Source: an uncultured Eubacteriales bacterium
GTDB lineage: Bacteria > Bacillota > Clostridia > Acetivibrionales > CAVYEU01
Length of the DNA stretch: 64,000 nucleotides
Direction: 5' to 3'
Assembly: GCA_963767415.1 (NCBI GenBank)
Contig: CAVYEU010000040.1
Location: forward strand, 4,615 to 68,614
The notes beneath the pieces were generated by a model, which did no database searches, was not told the DNA's origin, and saw nothing but the letters and a program-made list of their open reading frames with translations. How positions within the stretch are numbered: the first letter of the stretch is position 1; each line of letters begins with the position of its first letter. Made by a program: the position numbers and the translations under genes. This document shows, one piece after another, positions 1-9,547 of this stretch.

Positions 1-520
1 CTGTTTGCTTATCTCCGATTATCAATTCTCTTTGTCCTCGACCAATTGGAATCATTGAGTCAATTGCCATTATTCCTGTTTGCAATGGCTTATTTACTGT
101 TTTCCTGTCTATAACACTAGGTGCCAAGAACTCAATCGGTCTTGTCTTTGTGGTATTTATAGGTCCTTTTCCATCAAGTGGAATTCCTAATGAATTCACA
201 ACTCTGCCAATTAGTTCATGTCCTACTGGTACGCTAACCATCTTACCTGTTTTTTTAGCGGTACTACCCTCTTTTATATCCTCTTCATGTCCTAATAAAA
301 CACATCCAACATTATCTTCCTCTAAGTTAAGAGCCATACCATAGACATCATTTTCAAATTCAAGTAGTTCTCCGCTCATACAATTTTTCAATCCAAATAT
401 CCTTGCAATACCGTCTCCTGCTTGAATTACATAGCCTACGTCCTCTACAATAGTTTCTCCTCCATAGTTTAAAATCTGTTCCTGAATAATTGAACTTATT
501 TCTTCTGGTTTTAACTTCAT
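1..520 (-). CDS. atpA: F1 ATP synthase alpha subunit, N-terminal part (gene continues past the left edge)
   Basis: Minus-strand translation from ATG at 518-520 reads [21 protein letters not shown]...[17 protein letters not shown], a typical AtpA N-terminus. It follows atpH in canonical operon order. Absent from the ORF track because it is open at the edge. Confidence 0.9.
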   Translation of the reverse strand, partial: MKLKPEEISSIIQEQILNYGGETIVEDVGYVIQAGDGIARIFGLKNCMSGELLEFENDVYGMALNLEEDNVGCVLLGHEEDIKEGSTAKKTGKMVSVPVGHELIGRVVNSLGIPLDGKGPINTTKTRPIEFLAPSVIDRKTVNKPLQTGIMAIDSMIPIGRGQRELIIGDKQT

Positions 521-537
521 CTTATTATCACCTCAAT

Positions 538-1080
538 TTATTTAATCACTTGCTTTGCTAAATGATTCAATTTGCTTTTTATCGTATCATCATAAATTTT
601 ATCTCCAATTTGAACTTTTACTCCGCCTAAAAGTCCAGAATCAATTTTAACCTGCACATTTGCAAAATTTGCATTATGGATCTTTTTAAACTTTTCTTTT
701 ATCCTCACAAGCTGGTCATCGGATAAAATATCAAATGATTCTATCTTTAGATTAATCACATGATTGATTTCATCGGATAGTCTTACATATTCATCAAATA
801 TTCCAGGTAGAAAACTTAGCCTATTCTTGTCTAATAAGAGTAAAATAAAGTTCAATAAATTTGCTCTTGTTCCCATAGCTTTTAAAATGTTTTTTATGAT
901 AATTTTCTTTTTTTCGATTCCTATTCTCGGGTCATTTAAAATAAGCTTAACATCATGGTTTTCTTCGTACGTATCCAACACTTCCAAGAACTCTTCTTTA
1001 TAGACATCTAGCATACCTTCTTCTTTTGAAATGTTTATCAAAGCTTGAGCATATCTTTTTTCAACAAGTGGCATTTTCAA
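538..1080 (-). CDS. atpH: F1 ATP synthase delta (OSCP) subunit
   Basis: 180 aa ORF, MPLVEKRYAQALI... OSCP-like N-terminus. Sits between atpF and atpA with a 4-nt overlap to atpF. Confidence 0.85.
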   Translation of the reverse strand: MKMPLVEKRYAQALINISKEEGMLDVYKEEFLEVLDTYEENHDVKLILNDPRIGIEKKKIIIKNILKAMGTRANLLNFILLLLDKNRLSFLPGIFDEYVRLSDEINHVINLKIESFDILSDDQLVRIKEKFKKIHNANFANVQVKIDSGLLGGVKVQIGDKIYDDTIKSKLNHLAKQVIK

Positions 1081-1556
1081 ACACCATCCTTATTAATAAA
1101 TCTATTAACTAAAGCTTTATTGCTTTCAGTGTTCATATTCACTTCAATTATTTTAGAAGCCGCTGCAATAGCAAGTAATGCTACTTGATTTTTTACTTCT
1201 TTTAACATCTGATCTCTTTCTCTTTCAATCTCTTCTCTAGATTTTGCTAAAATATTCTCAGATTCTTTCTTAGCAGCAGCAATGATTTTTTCAGATTCTT
1301 TTGATGCATTTTTACTAGCTTCATCAATTATCCTTTGGGCATCTTCTTTTGAACCTTTGATTAATTTATCATATTCTTCTTTGATTTTCTTAGCCTGAAC
1401 CTTCTCATGATCCGCATTAATTAAAGTCTCTTTTATGGATTCTGAACGTTTGTCCATAAAATCTGTAACTTTTTTGAATAGTATACGTTTTAAAAACCAA
1501 TAAAGTACTAGTAAATTAATTATCGTCCATATAAACGTTGGACCAAATTCCATCAT
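1077..1556 (-). CDS. atpF: Fo ATP synthase b subunit
   Basis: 159 aa. One N-terminal TM helix followed by a long charged helix (KE-rich). Operon position supports the call. Confidence 0.85.
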   Translation of the reverse strand: MMEFGPTFIWTIINLLVLYWFLKRILFKKVTDFMDKRSESIKETLINADHEKVQAKKIKEEYDKLIKGSKEDAQRIIDEASKNASKESEKIIAAAKKESENILAKSREEIERERDQMLKEVKNQVALLAIAAASKIIEVNMNTESNKALVNRFINKDGV

Positions 1557-1708
1557 CTAGGTTCACCTCTTTTATTAAAATCTCTTTTATTAAGATTTCT
1601 TTATTAAAATCTATATTCATTATCCTTACTTAATTAAGGATATTCAGTTTTAATGGCCGTGGGTTTATTATCCCCCCCAGCGGCACACTTTCAAGAAACA
1701 TACCAATT

Positions 1709-1957
1709 TTATGCTGCCCACTTAACAAATAATAATATTAACGCGATAACCAATCCATATATTGCAGTTGCTTCTGATAAAGTAGCACCTAACATAAACA
1801 TTGTCATTATTTTCCCAGATGCTTCAGGTTGACGAGCAACAGCGTCAGCAGCTCTAGATGTTGCAATCCCGATACCTATCCCAGCACCTAAACCAGTTAA
1901 AACAGCTATTCCTGAAGCTAGTGCTAAATAACCATTCAAATCACTCATTATTCTCAC
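1709..1957 (-). CDS. atpE: Fo ATP synthase c subunit (proteolipid)
   Basis: 82 aa hairpin protein with GAGIGIG, the ARQPE loop and a carboxylate in LSEATAIYGLVIAL. Confidence 0.9.
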   Translation of the reverse strand: MRIMSDLNGYLALASGIAVLTGLGAGIGIGIATSRAADAVARQPEASGKIMTMFMLGATLSEATAIYGLVIALILLFVKWAA

Positions 1958-1963
1958 CCCCCC

Positions 1964-2734
1964 TCATTCTACAGCTTCTGAAATATATAAAGATGTCAAA
2001 AATACAAAAATGCAAGCTTGTAATGCTCCATCAAAAAGGTCAAAATATATACTAAATACAGCTGGGATTAATACTGGTGGCATGAAATTAGATACCACAG
2101 AATATATTAGTTCCATAATAATGAAAGCTCCTATAATGTTGCCAAATAAACGTAAAGATAATGATATAATTCTAACAAAGTATTCTAATATTTTCATTGG
2201 CAATAAACCAGGCATTGGTTCAATAAAACTTCTTAACCATCCAGGAAATTCTTTAAATTTTATTCCAGCTCCAATTACTATAATAATAGACATTAAGGCC
2301 ATAGATACTGTCACATTGATATCTTTAGTGGGTGGTCTTATTGATAACTGTGGTAAGTTTTCAAAAACCTTCCATCCAGTAATTTGATATAATTGTTCCC
2401 AATTAGGAATAATATCAAAAATTGAAATTATGTTTGCAAATAATAAAAAAAGAAGTATCGTTCCTAAATACGGTGTAAACGTTCTCCAGTGATATCCAAG
2501 AATAGTCTTAAATAAAGAGTTAAGCTGTTCAACTAAGGTTTCTGCTATTCTTTGCTTACCCGTTGGAACTAATTCCAATCTTCTTGTAAAAAATAGGGCA
2601 AGAGAAATAAGAACCGCCATTATAACCCATGTGATAATTACAGTATCTGTAATAGACATATCAAAACCAAACACATTCAATCTAATCAAATTATGAGGTG
2701 CCATTGCATCGCTTAATTCTTTACTTAGTTCCAT
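1964..2734 (-). CDS. atpB: Fo ATP synthase a subunit
   Basis: 256 aa polytopic membrane protein with the conserved SLSLRLFGN motif (essential Arg). Confidence 0.9.
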   Translation of the reverse strand: MELSKELSDAMAPHNLIRLNVFGFDMSITDTVIITWVIMAVLISLALFFTRRLELVPTGKQRIAETLVEQLNSLFKTILGYHWRTFTPYLGTILLFLLFANIISIFDIIPNWEQLYQITGWKVFENLPQLSIRPPTKDINVTVSMALMSIIIVIGAGIKFKEFPGWLRSFIEPMPGLLPMKILEYFVRIISLSLRLFGNIIGAFIIMELIYSVVSNFMPPVLIPAVFSIYFDLFDGALQACIFVFLTSLYISEAVE

Positions 2735-2747
2735 ATTAACACCTTCT

Positions 2748-3137
2748 TTATTGAAATTTATTATTTGTAATACCTAAAACCTCGGTAATACTATTAAGCA
2801 TTATAATCAACGGAACCATTAATATCCCTGCTAAAACTCCCCAGAATAAATGAATATTAGTCTTTAATACAATTATTAAGATTAAAACCGCTATTGCCTG
2901 ATTAAAAAGAAATACCAAAATACTTTTTAAAGTAACATTATTAATATTTGGCAAAAGTAACGCAGATATAATATTTGTTAGTATACTAAATTTTAATATG
3001 CTAATCAGACTTCCAATAACTAGACCAATAAGTAAAATCCACTTATGTTTTATGAAAATGACATCAAGTATTGATAATGAAAATAAAACAGCTAATAAAT
3101 TTTTAATAATTAGTTTTTCAAGTTTTGTTTTAATCAA
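2748..3137 (-). CDS. atpI: ATP synthase protein I-like small membrane protein
   Basis: 129 aa hydrophobic protein placed first in the atp operon. Called on position and hydrophobicity only. Confidence 0.5.
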   Translation of the reverse strand: MIKTKLEKLIIKNLLAVLFSLSILDVIFIKHKWILLIGLVIGSLISILKFSILTNIISALLLPNINNVTLKSILVFLFNQAIAVLILIIVLKTNIHLFWGVLAGILMVPLIIMLNSITEVLGITNNKFQ

Positions 3138-3318
3138 AATTGATCGCCTCTAAATATTTAATATACGGCATAATTAAAAAACACTAAAACTTTATTCAAA
3201 TAACTCCGATAAATACTTGGAATACAATACAATAAAATTTATTATATATCATAATAAAATACATATTCAACACATTAAGTGAAAAATCCTGCATTTTAAT
3301 AAAAGATTTTTATTTGGA

Positions 3319-4138
3319 GTGATTTTTTTGGATATTACATCAATAATCGGAATTATTGTTGGTTTTGCTTCATTAGTAGGTGGCTTTTTATTAGAAAATG
3401 GGCAACTAAGTATGTTAAGCCCTCTTAATCATCCATCTCCATTTTTAATAATATTTGGAGGTACTTTGGGGTGCGTTACGCTGTCTTTTCCATTAAGTGA
3501 GTTGCTTAAGATACCATCCATTCTTATTTATGTATTTACCGAAAAAAAGATTGATGAGCTTAAAACCATAAATGAGTTGATAAAATTTTCAGAAATGGCC
3601 AGAAAAGATGGGCTTCTGAGCCTAGAACAGGTTGCACAAGCACATGAAGATGAATTTATTAAAAGAGGTCTTGGTTTAGTTGTTGATGGTATTGAACCTG
3701 AAGTTATAAAAGATGTCCTCAACCGTGAAGCCTCACTAAATGAACACAAATATGAATCTGCTGCTAAAATATTTGAAGCAGCAGGCGGATTTGCACCAAC
3801 TATGGGTGTTTCAGGTACAGTTCTTGGCATGATCTGTAATTTTGTCAGACATGTCAGATCCCGCAGCTTTAGGTGAAAAGATATCAGTAGCTTTTATTGC
3901 AACACTCCTCGGAGTTGGTTTCGCAAACCTATGTTTTTTACCAATAGCGGGTAAAATAAAAGCTAAATCATCAAAAGAAATAGAAATGACTGATATTATA
4001 ATCGAAGGTCTTTTATCCATTCAAGCTGGAGAAAGTCCTAAGATTCTAAAAGAAAAACTTAATCTTGCCCAGTTAGAAAAACTATATGGTAAGAAAGAAG
4101 AGCAAAAAGAGGGTTCAAAAGAAGGTGGTAAGGAATAG
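3319..4138 (+). pseudogene. motA: Flagellar stator protein MotA, interrupted by a +1 frameshift near 3832-3841
   Basis: ORF 3319-3876 carries the MotA N-terminal part up to APTMGVSGTVLGMI. ORF 3842-4138 carries SDMSDPAALGEKISVAFIATLLGVGFANLCFLPIAGK, the conserved MotA/ExbB channel segment. Skipping one base after ATG ATC restores GMIVILSDMSDPAALG. Confidence 0.8.
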
Positions 4139-4906
4139 ATGTCTAAAGATAAAGGTAAGATGAAAGTAGAAAAAGATAATGCTGAACGTTGGCTATTAAC
4201 ATATGCAGATCTTATGAACCTTTTACTCATCTTCTTTATCGTTCTCTATTCTATGAGTATGATAGACGTAAAGAAATTCGATCAATTGGCCCAATCATTT
4301 AGAGAGTCACTTGGTACGAGCTCTTCTAATAAATATTTTTCTCCTGGGGGTGGCTATAATTCATTAGAGCAATTTACTAGCATAGCTCAAGCTGATACTT
4401 CAAAACTAACAACACAGAATGAAACTCAAAAAGCAGAAGATATAAAAAATCAAGTGGATCAAATGGTAAAAGCAAATAATTTGGGAAATAATATAACTGT
4501 AACATCTGAAGAAAGAGGAATAAAGATTTCAATAGCTGCCAACTTTTTATTTCTAAGTGGTAGTGCTGAGATAACACCTCTTGCTTATTCCGTACTTCAG
4601 GGGATCGGCAAAACATTATTGGCGTTTAAAGGGAATACAATAAGTATCGAGGGTCATACAGATAATGAACCTATAAGTACAGCTCAATTTCCATCAAACT
4701 GGGAACTATCCTCATCTCGTGCAACAAATGTTTTGGAACATATTTTAGATAATTCCGAGTTGGACCCAGTAAATTTTTCAGCTGTAGGTTATGGAGAGTA
4801 CCATCCTCTGGTTCCAAATAATTCAGAAGAAAATAAAGCTAGAAATAGAAGAGTTGACATAGTAATATTAAGAGAAGATCCTTCAACAGCAGAAGTGAAA
4901 AATTGA
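4139..4906 (+). CDS. motB: Flagellar stator protein MotB (OmpA-like peptidoglycan-binding domain)
   Basis: 255 aa. N-terminal WLLTYADLMNLLLIFFIVLY plug/TM with the conserved Asp. C-terminal OmpA-like IEGHTDNEPI...NRRVDIVI. Confidence 0.85.
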   Translation: MSKDKGKMKVEKDNAERWLLTYADLMNLLLIFFIVLYSMSMIDVKKFDQLAQSFRESLGTSSSNKYFSPGGGYNSLEQFTSIAQADTSKLTTQNETQKAEDIKNQVDQMVKANNLGNNITVTSEERGIKISIAANFLFLSGSAEITPLAYSVLQGIGKTLLAFKGNTISIEGHTDNEPISTAQFPSNWELSSSRATNVLEHILDNSELDPVNFSAVGYGEYHPLVPNNSEENKARNRRVDIVILREDPSTAEVKN

Positions 4907-4962
4907 ATTAGAAGTGAAATTTTAAAAGCGGGAAAATATTTTGAAAGGAATGGTTGTTTCTT

Positions 4963-5601
4963 ATGAAAGAATTCGTGTTTATTTCAGATTTTGACAACAC
5001 AATAACTAATAAGGACTTTTATCAAATTATTATTGATAAATATTTAGGTAACTGGGGAAAAGAACTATATTCAAATTGGAAAAACAAAGATATAAACGAT
5101 ATTAACTTTTTAGGCGCTGTATTTAAATCAATTAACAAAACTCAAGAAGAGATAAAACAAGATATCTTGTCAATCCCATTTGATGATACTGTGATCGATG
5201 TAATAAATAAAGTCAAATCAATAGGAGGAGACTTTGTTATATTAAGTGCAGGAACTAGTTATTATATTGAAATACTTTTGTATACCAAAGGGATAAAAGA
5301 TGTCAGCATAATTTCTAATAAAGGCGAATTCAGGGATGGCGGAATTCAAATCATACCTGATTTCAAAAGTGAGTTTTATTCCGAAATGTATGGCATTGAT
5401 AAATCAAAAGTTGTAAAAGACCTTAAAAATAGATATAAAAAGCTTTTTTATGCTGGCGATAGTGGTCCGGATTTAAAGGCTTCAATTATTGCGGATCAAA
5501 TATTTGCAAAAGGTGAACTACAAAAACTTTTGCAAAATATTGGTCACGAGTTTATTGGTTTTATAAATTTTAGAGAAGTCTTACCTTATATACTGTACTA
5601 G
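4963..5601 (+). CDS. HAD-superfamily subfamily IB phosphatase (MtnX-like)
   Basis: DxDxT motif in FISDFDNTIT and a late motif YAGDSGPDLKASIIADQIFAK. ATG at 4963 is preferred over TTG at 4954 because of the upstream AAAGGAA. Confidence 0.6.
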   Translation: MKEFVFISDFDNTITNKDFYQIIIDKYLGNWGKELYSNWKNKDINDINFLGAVFKSINKTQEEIKQDILSIPFDDTVIDVINKVKSIGGDFVILSAGTSYYIEILLYTKGIKDVSIISNKGEFRDGGIQIIPDFKSEFYSEMYGIDKSKVVKDLKNRYKKLFYAGDSGPDLKASIIADQIFAKGELQKLLQNIGHEFIGFINFREVLPYILY

Positions 5602-5629
5602 GTCACAAAATGACCGTCAGTACAAGTTA

Positions 5630-5669
5630 ATACTTGCCTCATTAAAAAAATTATTCCCTCGGCAAGTAT
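5630..5669 (+). repeat. Dispersed repeat copy 1 (ATACTTGCCTCATTAAAAAAATTATT core; arms ATACTTGCC / GGCAAGTAT)
   Basis: A 26-nt core is identical to the reverse complement of 16620-16645. The arms can form a 9-bp stem around a 22-nt loop. Confidence 0.85.
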
Positions 5670-5699
5670 ATTAATATTAACTAGGAAGGTGCTTAATGT

Positions 5700-6770
5700 A
5701 TGCGACATGTTACTAACAAAATATCAATTCCAAATATCTTAGAGGTTGAAAGAGGAGCCATATCTAGTATTGGAGCATTGATAAGTAAATGGGGATTTAA
5801 AAAAGTTGTATTGTTTTTCGGAACAGGGATTAAAGATCTATTCGGCAAAACAATCTTAGATTCAATAAAGTCTATATCTGAAATCGATATACTCAAAATT
5901 TATGAATTCGATGACATAGACATTACGAACCTAATTAAAACAGGTTTTTCAATACCAGGGCAAGCAGAAATTATTATTGGTGTAGGCGGAGGAAAGGTAC
6001 TTGATGCTTCCAAATATATTAGCTTTTTAAATAACCTTCCGTTTATTAGTATACCAACATCAACTTCAAACGATGGATTTTCAAGCTCAGGCTGTTCTTT
6101 AATTATTGATGGGAAAAGAACATCAGTTCATGCAAGAATGCCTTTTGGTATTATCGTTGACATTGAGATTATAAAAACAAGTCCTGATAAATATATATTT
6201 TCTGGCATAGGAGATTTGGTATATAAAATAACAGCATTAAATGATTGGAAATTTGAGGAAAAAAATAACAGATCTATTATAGATGATTTTGCAGCTCTAA
6301 TCGCTTACAAATCTATAAATAGTATTATTAGAATAGACAAAATTAATATTCGTGATGAGTCATTCATAGTTGAACTGGTTGATTCCTTGACAATGAGTGG
6401 AATCGCTATGGAGATCGCAAACAGCGCACCAGCAAGCGGAAGTGAACACCTTATTTCACATGCACTAGATAAAATCGTAGATACACCTCAATTACATGGC
6501 ATTCAGGTGGGAGTAGCAACTTATATAATGAGCAAAGTTCAAAATCATAGACATGAAGAAATAACAAAATTCTTTAAAACAACAGGGTTCTTTGATTTTG
6601 TAAAGGGCCTTAGAATGAAAACTGAAGATTTCGCAAAAGCTATTGACTTAGCTCCATCCATTAAACCAAATAGGTATACTTATTTGCATTTAGACGAATA
6701 CAGAAATTCAGCAAAGGATATACTTACAAATGATATTATATTGAACGAAATCTTATATAAGAGCTCTTAG
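5700..6770 (+). CDS. sn-glycerol-1-phosphate dehydrogenase-like (AraM/EgsA family, iron-ADH fold)
   Basis: GVGGGKVLDASKY, IPTSTSNDGFSSSGCSL and GDLVYKITALNDWKF match the G1P dehydrogenase signature blocks. Confidence 0.7.
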   Translation: MRHVTNKISIPNILEVERGAISSIGALISKWGFKKVVLFFGTGIKDLFGKTILDSIKSISEIDILKIYEFDDIDITNLIKTGFSIPGQAEIIIGVGGGKVLDASKYISFLNNLPFISIPTSTSNDGFSSSGCSLIIDGKRTSVHARMPFGIIVDIEIIKTSPDKYIFSGIGDLVYKITALNDWKFEEKNNRSIIDDFAALIAYKSINSIIRIDKINIRDESFIVELVDSLTMSGIAMEIANSAPASGSEHLISHALDKIVDTPQLHGIQVGVATYIMSKVQNHRHEEITKFFKTTGFFDFVKGLRMKTEDFAKAIDLAPSIKPNRYTYLHLDEYRNSAKDILTNDIILNEILYKSS

Positions 6771-7562
6771 GAATAGCTAATATTTTAACTTATTATGTTG
6801 AGCTCTGAATTTTAAATGCTTGGCGAAGTTATATTCTTGGACTGCCAGCTGCTGAGGGTACTACAGCTCTTAATGCTAGCAATCATTCTTGTACTGCTAC
6901 TTTTATTTTCTTCCCATGAAGTTTCTAACTACAAAACGCATCAGTTTAAACCTGAAATTTTCCATTTTCTTTTGGACTTCTGCCAAAGATTCTATAATTT
7001 GAATGTTTTGAGAAATAATTTTTAGTTAAATTAGCTAATTCAATCATAAATCCATTCGATCCATCCTTTCCGATTATAGACTTCATCTCTTACTTCGGGT
7101 ACTGTTTTTAGTGTTGTTGAATTTAGTATAGGTTTTACTTCATTTTATAGTAGTTGTATATTATTTATCTATTAAATTGTCTATTTATGTCTTTGGTAAA
7201 AGAAAATTCTATTATTGATATTTTTTTGCACTGCAAAAATTTTGATTGATTCAGTGATGGACTTTGTTAAAGAAACTATAATGCTTTTTCTATATGATTC
7301 CACCTATCAACAAGTTCCCAATGTATTGGGCGACCTTGCTTTGTTAATTGTTTTGCCTTATTATAGTAATGGTACATTATATCACTTCTTTTTCTCAATA
7401 TTTTAGCAAATAGATTGAGATGATTAAATAGAAATTGATGTTGAAAGTCCAGGATTTGAATTGGAAGTTATATATGTTGAAAATAGCAGATACTGCACCA
7501 GATTTTATAATTTCTGATAAAGGGATATGATAAGGTAAATTAATTGGAATAGAGGATGATTT

Positions 7563-8987
7563 ATGGAACAAATTAAGGACAAGGTATATAAAAACAGATT
7601 TCTAATATTATTTAATGTTGTTATGATGACTTTTATGGCTTGTCTAGACGGAAGTATTGTCAACGTGACACTCCCGAACATGGCAGAAAAATTAAACGTT
7701 TCTACTGAAGCTATATCGTGGGTAGTAACCTCATATCTTGTTGCCATAGCTGCTATGATTTTGATATTCGGCAGACTTGGGGATATCAAAGGAAAGACTA
7801 AGGTTTTCAAGACCGGAATTATACTGTTTACAGTAGGTTCACTTATGTGTGGAATAGCAAATTCGTTCATTCTCCTAATTTTTGCAAGGGTTATTCAGGC
7901 AATTGGAGCGGCTGGTACAATGGCAACAAATCAGGGAATTATTGCACAGGTTTTCCCAGCTAAAGAGCGAGGAAGGGCTTTAGGTATTACAGGTTCATTT
8001 GTAGCTCTTGGGACTATGATCGGTCCACCTCTTGGGGGATTTATCGTAAGTCTCTTAAATTGGAACTATATATTTCTAATCAATGTGCCAATAGGGGTAT
8101 TTACATTTGTAATGGGGATGAGGGTTCTTCCCAACTCCAGTACCTATGGTGCAGAAAAGCTTGACAAAGAAGGTGCTTTTCTTTTCGCCTTTGCAATCAT
8201 TTCATTATTTGGTTCGGTAATCGTAGGAGAAGATATCGGTTATTCGAGTCCTATTATCGTGATGGGCTTTGTAATTTCAGCGATTTCTATCATAGTATTT
8301 GCTTTTTTGGAAAAACGAGTAAAAATTCCACTGGTTCAATTTCAAATCTTCAAAAATCAGTTATTTACTCTCAGTATTTTTTGTGGCTTCATATCGTTTA
8401 TTGCCATTAGCTGTGCTAGTATTATTCAGCCGTTCTATCTTCAAGATGTTATGAAAATATCCCCTGCCGCAACAGGACTGATAATGATGGTTTATCCGTT
8501 AATACTAGTAGTTGTTGCACCCGCGAGCGGATATCTTTCGGACAAAATAGGTTCCGAATTTCTTACTTTTTTGGGTTTGATATTTACAAGTGTGGGCCTG
8601 TTTCTAATGACTACCTTGGATGAACATTCACAACTATCGTCACTGATATTTTTTATCGTTGTTATGTCTATAGGAAATGGTTTATTCCAAGCTCCTAACA
8701 ATTCACTAATTATGTCGGCGGTTCCCAGAAACTTATTGGGTATAGCGGGCAGTATAAATTCTTTGATGAGAAATCTGGGAATGGTGGTAGGTATTGCACT
8801 CTCCACAACTCTTTTATATAGTATGATGAGCAAAAAGCTTGGATATCAGGTCTTGAGCTATGTGCCAGGAAGAGATGATGCCTTTGTTTATGGCATGGTA
8901 TTTGTATATATTACAGCAGCAATTATTTGCATGTTTGGGGCTATGCTTATGGCATGGCAGCTGTATGGAAAAAAAGCTTATAAATAA
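7563..8987 (+). CDS. MFS transporter, 14-TMS EmrB/QacA-type drug:H+ antiporter family
   Basis: 474 aa with LDGSIVNVTLP, GRLGDIKGK (motif A) and many TM segments. Confidence 0.8.
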   Translation: MEQIKDKVYKNRFLILFNVVMMTFMACLDGSIVNVTLPNMAEKLNVSTEAISWVVTSYLVAIAAMILIFGRLGDIKGKTKVFKTGIILFTVGSLMCGIANSFILLIFARVIQAIGAAGTMATNQGIIAQVFPAKERGRALGITGSFVALGTMIGPPLGGFIVSLLNWNYIFLINVPIGVFTFVMGMRVLPNSSTYGAEKLDKEGAFLFAFAIISLFGSVIVGEDIGYSSPIIVMGFVISAISIIVFAFLEKRVKIPLVQFQIFKNQLFTLSIFCGFISFIAISCASIIQPFYLQDVMKISPAATGLIMMVYPLILVVVAPASGYLSDKIGSEFLTFLGLIFTSVGLFLMTTLDEHSQLSSLIFFIVVMSIGNGLFQAPNNSLIMSAVPRNLLGIAGSINSLMRNLGMVVGIALSTTLLYSMMSKKLGYQVLSYVPGRDDAFVYGMVFVYITAAIICMFGAMLMAWQLYGKKAYK

Positions 8988-9070
8988 AGAGTGTTCTGTA
9001 TTCTAATTCTTATAATATTTCTCCATTTATGGATATTATTATTACACTCCGAAGAATCATCTATTCATAA

Positions 9071-9409
9071 TTACTTATTTTTAATGATATAATCAATAAC
9101 TAAGCTTCCAATTACAATCTCAGCTAAAATTGTATAGCTTGACTTAATTAACGAAGTTGAAAAAATATATAGACTTAAATCAGGGGATATTGAATTTTGA
9201 TTAATCAAGAAGGAAAAGGCTCCAATGATTAGAATCAAAAGAATAAATTTAAAGCCATAGCAAATCAGTAATCGTGGGAATTTGTCGATTTTTTCAAAAG
9301 CCTCAAATAGTTTTTTTATATTCTTCGAAAGATTGATCAGCATATTATTTTCACCTCTAACCAAAGTATTGATAATAAAAATGTTAACATAATCAATACT
9401 TCGACTCAA
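9071..9409 (-). CDS. Hypothetical small membrane protein
   Basis: 112 aa ORF with two hydrophobic segments and no recognisable motif. Confidence 0.3.
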   Translation of the reverse strand: MSRSIDYVNIFIINTLVRGENNMLINLSKNIKKLFEAFEKIDKFPRLLICYGFKFILLILIIGAFSFLINQNSISPDLSLYIFSTSLIKSSYTILAEIVIGSLVIDYIIKNK

Positions 9410-9547
9410 TGTAAAATGATTTCCAAATCTATTTGTTTGTTTTTAGAGAAATGTTTTAATATGTTAAAGTATATGGTATTGAAATAATAAAAAAAGGAAG
9501 CGATGATTCCATAGAAAGGAATATCTTATGATATTATTATTATATGT

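Noticed and set aside
1641-1700. GC-enriched hairpin (GCCGCTGGG...CCCACGGC on the minus strand) between atpE and atpF as a possible ncRNA
   Set aside because: It is a short single imperfect stem inside an operon spacer, most simply an mRNA processing or stability hairpin. That is not enough to call a separate feature.
1709-1957. Na+-specific c subunit (which would pair with a Na+-Rnf)
   Set aside because: The Glu-x-Thr...Tyr part of the Na+ signature is present (SEATAIY). The helix-1 Gln and the Ser next to the Glu are not (GIGIGIA and EA instead of QG and ES), so ion specificity cannot be claimed.
150-2387. Plus-strand ORFs 150-344, 764-1003, 1858-2055 and 2010-2387
   Set aside because: All lie antisense within well-supported atp genes. 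They are typical shadow ORFs.
3829-3850. Programmed ribosomal frameshifting in motA (and likewise at 35405-35430 in the ABC gene)
   Set aside because: There is no slippery heptamer, no downstream pseudoknot or SD-like stimulator, and no precedent for these families. A mutation or sequencing error is more parsimonious.
6816-7406. ORFs 6816-7025 and 7215-7406
   Set aside because: No RBS, odd composition and no motif. They sit in a probable decayed or non-coding stretch.
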